A DNA stretch of 11,902 nt from an uncultured archaeon. Its GTDB lineage: Archaea; Asgardarchaeota; Njordarchaeia; Njordarchaeales; Njordarchaeaceae. The stretch lies in NCBI GenBank assembly GCA_965367995.1, contig CBDULE010000028.1:1-11902 (forward strand), written 5' to 3'. Shown piece after piece: positions 1 through 7,500 of the stretch. Position 1 is the stretch's first letter; every line of letters begins with the position of its first letter. The notes beneath the pieces were generated by a model. It saw only the letters and a program-made list of their open reading frames with translations, did no database searches and was not told the DNA's origin. Made by a program: the position numbers and the translations under genes.

Positions 1-222
1 CTTGGCGATATGGGAAAAATGATCTCAATTAAGCTTGGATTTCCAGAAGAATTTGTCATATTACAATATGCTAAGAGAGTATGGAAAAATCCAAAAGATC
101 CAAAAGAAATTTATGTTTCATACGAAGTAAATATCTACTTAAACAGCGGATTATTCGATAATTTTCAGAGGGTAATAGTTAGAAAAGGAGATATCCTTTA
201 TAATGTTTCACTCAAAGTATAG
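1..222 (+). CDS. C-terminal fragment of an unidentified protein that enters from upstream of the window
   Basis: The frame is open from base 1 (CTT GGC GAT ATG...) to TAG at 220-222. The track start at 10 is probably internal. No family recognised. Confidence 0.5.
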   Translation, partial: LGDMGKMISIKLGFPEEFVILQYAKRVWKNPKDPKEIYVSYEVNIYLNSGLFDNFQRVIVRKGDILYNVSLKV

Positions 223-771
223 CTCTGATGGTTTGAATTCTTCCTCCTCTATTTTTATACCTAATGTCTCGCTGATAAATTCTTTAGCTTTGTTCCAAAT
301 CTCCTCAAGGCTTTTTCCAACGATTATCTCATCTAGATTTTTATATCGTCCTTTAGGCAACTTTTCTGGCTCTGGATCTAAAGCCACGAAAGCTGTCGTG
401 AGTCCAGGAAACAATTTCTTAAATATTCCTGCATACTCATTTGCGTCATCTGCGACAGAGCGTTTTGCTAATAATCCAACGAAGAAAATAATCAAGGGTT
501 TCTCATGAGGATAAGCACGTCGGTATATCACTACCCCTATGGCATCAACCGCTTTCTTTAAATCTCTCTTTTTGAAACCCGAGATATCCAGCAAACCTCC
601 TTCAATCCATGATCTAATCAACTTACCTCTATCAACCTTATACGTTGTTTCAAGCTTAACATCACGCTTCAAGAACTCCTCTTTAAATCCATACATTATT
701 TCCTTCTCTACATCATTCCTAATCGATTCTTTTTTAGGCTTCTTTTTAGCTGGCAAGAAATCACCAATCAT
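208..771 (-). CDS. Hypothetical protein (187 aa), charged, family not recognised
   Basis: Complete 187-codon ORF with ATG start and TGA stop (TCA on plus at 208-210). The residue pattern looks coding. Its start overlaps the end of the 761-1093 ORF, as expected for an operon pair. Confidence 0.75.
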   Translation of the reverse strand: MIGDFLPAKKKPKKESIRNDVEKEIMYGFKEEFLKRDVKLETTYKVDRGKLIRSWIEGGLLDISGFKKRDLKKAVDAIGVVIYRRAYPHEKPLIIFFVGLLAKRSVADDANEYAGIFKKLFPGLTTAFVALDPEPEKLPKGRYKNLDEIIVGKSLEEIWNKAKEFISETLGIKIEEEEFKPSELYFE

Positions 772-1093
772 CTAATCTCTTGAAGTGTAATAACTTCTGC
801 CCCTTATAAAAAATTTCCACATTCTCTATATCAGAAGGCAGATTATTTATTGTTAGTTCAAATTCGATTAAAGAGATGCATTGTAAGCAAATAATCTTAG
901 GCTTAAAGGTTTTAATAAGATGAATCCTCAAGCTTTTATTCAAAAATGAAGAAGTTGCTCTTAACCAACAGCAGCTGGTAGGACAAACTATGATCAGCTT
1001 AATTTTAATATTTTTTCGATCTTGGCTTATCAAAAAAGCTTTATCCTCTCCTAAGCCACATTTACTTTTAATTTTGCGAATGGAAATTTGCAA
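761..1093 (-). CDS. Hypothetical cysteine-containing small protein (110 aa)
   Basis: ORF with TTG start (CAA at 1091-1093), AAGGTG Shine-Dalgarno-like sequence about 9 nt upstream on the minus strand, and an 11 nt overlap with the downstream gene. Contains CPTSCC and CLQC. Confidence 0.5.
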   Translation of the reverse strand: MQISIRKIKSKCGLGEDKAFLISQDRKNIKIKLIIVCPTSCCWLRATSSFLNKSLRIHLIKTFKPKIICLQCISLIEFELTINNLPSDIENVEIFYKGQKLLHFKRLDDW

Positions 1094-1160
1094 AATCTAA
1101 GCACCTTTGAAGCCTTAAAATTTATTACAACATTGGTACTTTAAGGTAATTTTCTATTTT

Positions 1161-1225
1161 AGAAGATGATGACGCGAACAGCCTGTGAGAAGATCGATGA
1201 TCGCAAACGGGGTTCTGATTCTTCT
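1161..1225 (+). ncRNA. C/D box guide sRNA (2'-O-methylation guide)
   Basis: C box ATGATGA (1166-1172), D' box candidate GTGA (1185-1188) or CTGT (1183-1186), C'-like TCGATGA (1194-1200), D box CTGA (1215-1218). Closing stem AGAAG (1161-1165) / CTTCT (1221-1225). The guide regions are GC-rich in an AT-rich intergenic region. Confidence 0.82.
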
Positions 1226-1243
1226 CCTTCTAATTAATGTTCA

Positions 1244-1300
1244 ACCTTTATAACTTCTTTATATGCTGGTATAAATTAGTCTTTTAGCTAGGTGAGAAAA
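1244..1300 (+). promoter_or_regulatory. Promoter and ribosome binding site region for the gene at 1302
   Basis: TATA-like TTTATAA / TTTATATG about 40-55 nt upstream of the start, and GGTGA about 7 nt upstream of ATG 1302. Confidence 0.5.
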
Positions 1301-1301
1301 C

Positions 1302-2642
1302 ATGAGAAAGAGGGTTGTAATTCTTGGAGCTGGTGGTAGAGACTTCCATAACTTTAACGTGTACTTTAGAGATAATCCAGAATATGAGGTAGTAGCTTTT
1401 ACTGCCACACAAATTCCTGGAATAGAAGGGAGAGTTTATCCACCAAAATTAGCTGGGAAGTTATATCCTAATGGAATTCCCATTTTACCAGAATCAGATT
1501 TACCAAAAATCATAAGAGAATACGATGTTGACTTCGTAGTTTTCTCGTATAGTGATGTTTCGCATCAACATGTAATGAATCTAGCTGCAATTTCATTAGC
1601 AAATGGAGCTAGTTTTCTATTATTAGGCCCTAAAGATACGATGCTGGAGTCGGAGAAGCCTGTCATTGCTGTTGGTGCTGTTAGAACGGGATGTGGTAAG
1701 AGTACTCTGAGTAGAAAGATTGTGAGGATTCTCCTAAAATATAGAATTAAGGTCGCTGTAATAAGACATCCAATGGCATATGGAGATCTTGAGAGGCAGG
1801 CTGTACAAAAATTTGAAACATTTGAAGATCTTGATAGATATGAGGCTACAATAGAAGAAAGAGAGGAATATGAGCACTATTTAGAGATGGGACTTCCAGT
1901 ATATGCTGGAGTTGATTATGAGAAGATACTCAAAGAAGCTGAAAAGGATGCAGATTTAATATTGTGGGACGGTGGAAATAATGATTATCCTTTCATAAAA
2001 CCAGATATCTTCTTTGTTGTAGCAGATGCTTTAAGACCTGGTCATGAATTGACATACTGGCCAGGTTCAGTAAATGTTAGGATGGCTGATGTTATAATTA
2101 TAAACAAGGTGGTTGAAGCAAGCATGGAACAAATAAAAAGGATAGAAGAAAACATTAGAATGGTCAATCCAAAAGCAAAAGTTCTTCTAGCCGCTTCAAT
2201 TCTAATAGTTGACAAACCAGAATTGATAAAAGAAAAAAGAGTTTTGGTTATAGAAGACGGTCCAACCGTTCTTCATGGAGAGATGCCTTGGGCTGCTGGA
2301 TATATTGCAGCAATTAGATATGGTGCTAAGGAAATTGTAGATCCGCGTAAATATGTTGAAGAAGAGCCAGATACTGATCTCTATAAAGCATATAAGGAGT
2401 ATAAGCATCTTGGTCCCGTTTTACCAACGCTTGGATATTCGAGAAAAGAAATAGCAGAATTAGAAAGAATAATTAATAGGATAGAAGCTGATTCTATTGT
2501 GCTTGGTACGCCATCAGATATAACAAAGTACATGAAAATAAATAAGCCAGTTGTTCGAGTAAAGTATGAATTAGAGGAATTAGGACGACCTAAAATTGAA
2601 GATATAATCACTGATTTTCTTAAAAAGAAGGGATTGATCTAG
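1302..2642 (+). CDS. Predicted P-loop GTPase, cyclic 2,3-diphosphoglycerate synthetase-like (COG2403 type), 446 aa
   Basis: N-terminal MRKRVVILGAGGRDFHNFN with a nucleotide-binding-like segment; Walker A GAVRTGCGKST; LILWDGGNNDYPF; EDGPTVLHGEMPWAAG. These match the archaeal cDPG synthetase/GTPase family from memory. The Shine-Dalgarno sequence is good. Confidence 0.82.
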   Translation: MRKRVVILGAGGRDFHNFNVYFRDNPEYEVVAFTATQIPGIEGRVYPPKLAGKLYPNGIPILPESDLPKIIREYDVDFVVFSYSDVSHQHVMNLAAISLANGASFLLLGPKDTMLESEKPVIAVGAVRTGCGKSTLSRKIVRILLKYRIKVAVIRHPMAYGDLERQAVQKFETFEDLDRYEATIEEREEYEHYLEMGLPVYAGVDYEKILKEAEKDADLILWDGGNNDYPFIKPDIFFVVADALRPGHELTYWPGSVNVRMADVIIINKVVEASMEQIKRIEENIRMVNPKAKVLLAASILIVDKPELIKEKRVLVIEDGPTVLHGEMPWAAGYIAAIRYGAKEIVDPRKYVEEEPDTDLYKAYKEYKHLGPVLPTLGYSRKEIAELERIINRIEADSIVLGTPSDITKYMKINKPVVRVKYELEELGRPKIEDIITDFLKKKGLI

Positions 2643-2680
2643 TAACTTTTAAATTCTTTATTAGTCTACCCCTTAAAACT

Positions 2681-2735
2681 GGATGATGAAGAGGTGATCC
2701 TCGGAGTAAAAATGAAGAGAAAAATTTATCTGACA
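2681..2735 (+). ncRNA. Weak C/D-box-like element, or a 5' leader with a Shine-Dalgarno-like 10-mer
   Basis: ATGATGA (2683-2689), CGGA (2702-2705), ATGAAGA (2712-2718), CTGA (2730-2733) at plausible spacing. There is no good closing stem and the second guide is very AT-rich. Confidence 0.22.
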
Positions 2736-2835
2736 TACATATTAACTACTGCATTTATGAATCCTCCAATCAGTAGCATTACTGCTTTCTTACCGTAAAA
2801 ACAGGGATTAAAATAATTCTTCCTGAACTCAATGA

Positions 2836-2873
2836 TGCATAAAAATGCACAATAAAAATTCAGAACGCTGAAT
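2836..2873 (+). repeat. Two short adjacent inverted repeats (hairpins)
   Basis: TGCAT-AAAA-ATGCA (2836-2849) and ATTCAG-AACG-CTGAAT (2858-2873). Confidence 0.4.
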
Positions 2874-2934
2874 AAAATAAATAAAAAGCATTTTTTAGAT
2901 GATATTCTTGTTAAAAAAATGGGGTGTATTAAAA

Positions 2935-3747
2935 ATGGCTAAAAAAGTAAAGAAGGTAAAGAAAGGAATTTTAGGAATCAGATATTCAAGCGGTCTTGCT
3001 CTTTGGACAGCGATATTTGCTATATTTTTTGAAGCTATATCTGGAGTCCTCCTTGTCTTTTCATTATGGGCGCGAGAAGGAGGAGTGATAAGCCCAGAAG
3101 CACGGGGTATATTTTTAACTATAGCCACAGCATTTCTTATAATTGTAGCACTTCTTATAGCTTTGGATCTTTTTACACCACTATACGAGTTTCTACCATT
3201 TGCTTTGAAAATTTTTGAGTCATTTATGCTTGTCCTTCTAATGTTTGGAGCTATATTCCTTCAAGCGTATTATGAGACTACAGAATCATTTTATTATCAA
3301 AATGCTTTCGCTGCTACTATTATATTCTTCGTCGCTTTTGTAATCTTTTACCTCAATTACGTCATGAGGTTTGGAAAAATTAGTGTCATTGAAGCTCATA
3401 AAAATGCAATTAATAAACTTAATGCTGTTATGGTCAGAGCTACAGATTCTATTAAGGACAAGAGGCTTCTTGAGAGCTTATTAGAAGTTAATAACCTTGT
3501 CAATTTAACTCTTAATGATATAGTTAGTAAAGAAATTTCAGAAAGGGGTGATGTTAGTAGGATTCTTTATATAGCAACCATTTTCGCAGGAGCATTTTAC
3601 CTTGGAAGTTTTCTGCTTATAGAATATGGGGCTTTAATATCTCCTACAGTTATAGTTTTCATGTACGTAACTATTGTTTTAGTATCATTGTTTGCATTAG
3701 CCGTCGATGCATTTGTATTGAGGACAAAGCTAATAGCTTCAACCTAA
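2935..3747 (+). CDS. Polytopic membrane protein, hypothetical (270 aa from the preferred start)
   Basis: Lys-rich N-terminus MAKKVKKVKKG, about six hydrophobic helices and a central helical soluble segment. Preferred start is ATG 2935 after GGGGTG; the track start at 2899 adds MIFLLKKWGVLK. Confidence 0.8.
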   Translation: MAKKVKKVKKGILGIRYSSGLALWTAIFAIFFEAISGVLLVFSLWAREGGVISPEARGIFLTIATAFLIIVALLIALDLFTPLYEFLPFALKIFESFMLVLLMFGAIFLQAYYETTESFYYQNAFAATIIFFVAFVIFYLNYVMRFGKISVIEAHKNAINKLNAVMVRATDSIKDKRLLESLLEVNNLVNLTLNDIVSKEISERGDVSRILYIATIFAGAFYLGSFLLIEYGALISPTVIVFMYVTIVLVSLFALAVDAFVLRTKLIAST

Positions 3748-4215
3748 ACATGATTTAATAAGATTTCGTAATTCTTCTTCTTTTTTACTATCAATCGTCA
3801 TTAAATTGAGTCTCTCTATAAGTGAACCTTTCTCATCATACACTAAAAACAGTTTCCCATCAGTCAGAAAAATTCTTTTTGGTTTTAATAAATAAGCAAA
3901 CACTTTAATCAACATTAATTCTACTCTCTTTAGGATGTCTGGATTTTCTAGGCTCCAATTAGGGTCCGGCTCTATTATTTCAAATAAAATTGGCAATTCA
4001 TTGTTTTTCTTTATTGCTAGATCTACTTCAAGTGTCTCTTCTTCATCCCTAAACTTTATGTTTATGTTATCCCTAATAATCATTTTTTCCCTAGGAATTC
4101 CCATTTTTTCTAACCAAATTTGAAAGAGATAAACAATCATATCATGTGTTTTTTTATATTTCCCGCTCTCTAGAAGCTCAGCTATCCTTTTTAGAGTATA
4201 CTCTTCATTAGACAT
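3739..4215 (-). CDS. Small protein resembling the N-terminal nuclease-like domain of type I restriction R subunits (HSDR_N-like), possibly catalytically degenerate
   Basis: EVDLAIKKNNELPILFEI followed by KRVELMLIKVFAYLLKPKRIFLTDGKLFLVYDEKG resembles the conserved layout of such domains. I prefer ATG 4215, preceded by GGTG with a 6-nt gap, over the track TTG at 4227. Confidence 0.6.
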   Translation of the reverse strand: MSNEEYTLKRIAELLESGKYKKTHDMIVYLFQIWLEKMGIPREKMIIRDNINIKFRDEEETLEVDLAIKKNNELPILFEIIEPDPNWSLENPDILKRVELMLIKVFAYLLKPKRIFLTDGKLFLVYDEKGSLIERLNLMTIDSKKEEELRNLIKSCLG

Positions 4216-4429
4216 TATAAACACCAAATTTTTGAAACTTTAAGCATAGTGAATGCTATCTTATTAGGCTTTTTATTAATTTTTTGTTAAAGTAGAGATT
4301 GCTGACAGAACAATGATAATGAATACATATTACCTTAATATCTCGCAAATTAATAAGAGGAGGATATTCGCTAACTTGCTTTATTTTAAGAAAATTTTGA
4401 GCTAAAGAATGGCTTCCCTATGATAGAGA

Positions 4430-4442
4430 AATTTTTAAATAA
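4430..4442 (+). promoter_or_regulatory. Candidate TATA box for the RNA polymerase subunit gene
   Basis: AATTTTTAAATAA about 75-85 nt upstream of ATG 4517; GAGGT lies just before the start codon. Confidence 0.45.
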
Positions 4443-4516
4443 GTTGGTTGTCTTGAATCCAATACGGGGAGATTAAGGATGATATATTGACGCCTTCTTT
4501 ATTGGGTTGAGGTATT

Positions 4517-7500
4517 ATGAAATATAAGATACCTAAGCGTCTTGTAGGGATAACCTTTGGGATACTTTCACCTGATGAGATTAAGAAAATCGGGGATGTC
4601 AAAATTAGCCAACCAGAATTATATAGTGAGAGGGGAGAAGGGTTCCCTGGTGGTCCATTAGATCCTCGCTTAGGGGCTCCTGATAACGTGAATAGATGTA
4701 AAAAATGTGGTTTGAGAAGAATTGAGGGAACAACTGGTTGTCTAGGACATTTTGGACATATAGAATTAGCTAAACCAATATACCATCTTGGATTCGTTAA
4801 ACATATTGAAAAGGTGTTAAATGCTGTCTGTGAAAGGTGCGGAAGATTAACACTCCCTCCTGAGAAAAGAGATGCTTATTGGAAGAAGATGGAAGTATTT
4901 ATAAAGAGATATGGGTATCCAAGCTTTGATATTGCGAAGGAGATATTAGCTGAGGCTGCTAAAGTTAAAAAATGTCCTTATTGTGGACATGAAAAATTAG
5001 GAAAATTTGTTTTTGATAAAGATAATCTCACATTCATTAAGAGGATAGAAATTAGTGAAGAAGAGCTTAAAAAACGTGAATGGATGGAATTTATAAGAAA
5101 TCTTGGAATACCAGCTCATATAAGAAAGCTTAGTGTAAGCAAGGGTAAGAAAAAAGGGAAAAGATACATCAACATTTACTACAATCCTGAAAGCATAAGA
5201 CAAATTCTATCGCAAATATACCCAGCAGAAGTTCTTCCTGAAGATGAACTGAAAGAAAGAAGAAAAGATGTTTTCTTAATAGGATTTCACCCAGATCATG
5301 CTAGACCAGAATGGACTATTCTGCAGGTACTTCCTGTACCTCCTATAACTGTCAGACCTCCTGTTATCACTGCGGAAGGGAAGAGAACGGAAGATCAGCT
5401 AACACTAATTTTGAGGGATATAATTAGGATTAACGAACAATTAATGAGCAAATCTAAAGGAGGCCCACCACAAGTTATAGAGAATTTGTGGAATCAACTG
5501 CAAAAAAGAGTTAAGGCATTATTCGGGCTTCATAAGTTAGGAGAACTTAAGATGGAGAGAACTTATGTTAAAGGAATAATTCATAGACTGTCAGGAAAAG
5601 AAGGAAGGTTTAGACATAATTTAAGCGGAAAGAGAGTGAACTACTCTGGAAGGGCTGTTATATCACCCGATCCTTATCTTAGTATTGATGAAATAGGCGT
5701 TCCTGAAAAAATGGCTAGAAAACTTCTGTTCCCAGAAGTGGTAAATGAGCTTAATAGTGAAAAGCTCAAACAGCTTGTCATAAATGGCGCAGCCATCTAT
5801 CCTGGCGCAGAATTCGTATATAAAAAGCAAGCTCCTGGAGTTTATAGGAAGATAATGGTTGGTATATTTAAGGATAGGAAGAAGAGGGAAGAAATAGCGC
5901 GTGATCTCAAACCAGGAGACATTGTTGAGAGGCATTTAATGGATGGAGACATTTTAGTTTTTAATAGACAACCAACACTTCACAGAATATCAATGATGGG
6001 GCATTATGTAAGAGTTCTACCTTATAATACCTTAAGGCTTCATCTGATGACCTGTCCACCATATAACGCAGACTTTGATGGCGATGAGATGAACGTACAT
6101 TTGCCTCGCTCATATGAAACAAAAGCGGAGATTATGACTTTAATGGAAGTTAAACGTCATATAATAACAGCAAGATATGGAGGTCCCATAATAGGGCCTA
6201 AACAAGATTTTATAACTGGAGCTTACCTTCTAACAAAACCTGGTTCTATCCTAACTAAAGAAGAATCACAACAAGTTCTCTTCTATGCTGGAATTGAAGA
6301 ATTGCCTAAAGAATCAATTAATTATGATGGTATAGAAGCTTATGATGGTAAAAAGATTTTCTCAATGATTATACCTAAGTATATCTTTTACCAGAAAGAC
6401 ATAAAGGGAATACTTGTCGGAAAATCTGCAAAAGAGAAAGTTAAAACCGTGATTTGGAACGGAGAATTAATTGAAGGAGTTATAGAGAAGGGAGCGATAG
6501 GAGCTGAAAAGCCAGAGAATATAGTTCATAAAATTGTAGAAAGATGGGGAAACGATGCTGGAAAGAGATTCCTTAATAGTTTATCATCAATGATTATAAG
6601 ATTTCTCACAGATAGAGGATTCAGCTTAACCTTATGGGACATTATTGTAGCTTTAGAGGCTAGGAAAGAGGTACTTGAGAAAATCAATGAAAAACTTAAG
6701 GAGGCAGAAAAGGTTGTTGAGTTATATCTTAAAGGAGAGTTGGAACCAGAACCTGGAAAGAGCCTTGAAGATACATTTGAGGATAAATTAATTGAAATCT
6801 TAGATCAAGCAAGAAATGAAGCCGGAGAAATAGTAATATCGCGTATGAATCCAGAGAGTCAATTTGGGATAATGACGCTAACGGGAGCTAGAGGAGATGA
6901 AACAAACATTGCTCAGGTTCTTGCATGTATAGGACAACCAGTGGTTAGAGGAAAAAGATTGAAGAGAGGTTATAGCAATAGAACATTACCGCATTTCAAA
7001 GAGAAAATAGGTATATTTGCTGGAGGATTCGCAAAAGGAAACTTTGCAATAGGTATGAGCCCACTTGAATATTTCTTCCACAATGCAGCTGGGAGAGATA
7101 GTCTAGTGGATACAGCGGTCAGAACAGCTGACAGCGGTTATTTCTATAGAAGATTGGTTAACGCACTTCAAGATAGTAGAATAGAGTATGATGGTACCGC
7201 TAGAATGATGAGTGGGCAAATACTTCAGTTTAAGTATGGAGGGGATGGTGTTCATCCGGGAAAGAGTTATCATGGGAAGATTGCTGATTACGAATCAATA
7301 TTTTATGAACTATTAGTACGTGAAGAAGAGAATGGTAAAAGAATTAAGGAAGTATCAGAGTGGCCTAAATACTATGATGAATTTATTCAGAGATTACGCA
7401 ATGAGATTTCATATGCTGTTGCTTTAGATGTAAAAGAACTCCTCAAAAGAGAATTTGAAAATGGTAATATACTAACAGAAGGATCGATACAAGAATTCTA

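Noticed and set aside
203-508. 101-aa plus-strand ORF antisense to the 208-771 gene
   Set aside because: Ser/Phe/Ile-rich translation, low-complexity and fully embedded opposite a better ORF; typical antisense shadow.
539-775. 78-aa plus-strand ORF
   Set aside because: Antisense shadow of the 208-771 gene with no ribosome binding site context.
2202-2611. Two minus-strand ORFs (2202-2408 and 2381-2611)
   Set aside because: Opposite the well supported cDPG synthetase-like CDS; composition reflects its reverse complement.
2895-3128. 77-aa minus-strand ORF
   Set aside because: Antisense to the membrane protein start; no supporting signal.
3935-4123. 62-aa plus-strand ORF inside the nuclease-like gene
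   Set aside because: Ser/Phe-rich antisense shadow.
4270-4330. CTGACAG followed by AATGATAA, suggestive of the D'/C' half of a C/D sRNA
   Set aside because: No upstream C box, no downstream D box and no closing stem.
4303-4400. 30-codon ORF beginning around ATGATAATG, and an AGAGGAGG Shine-Dalgarno-like string near 4350
   Set aside because: No start codon at proper distance from the purine tract, and the mini-ORF has no recognisable character; not enough to call.
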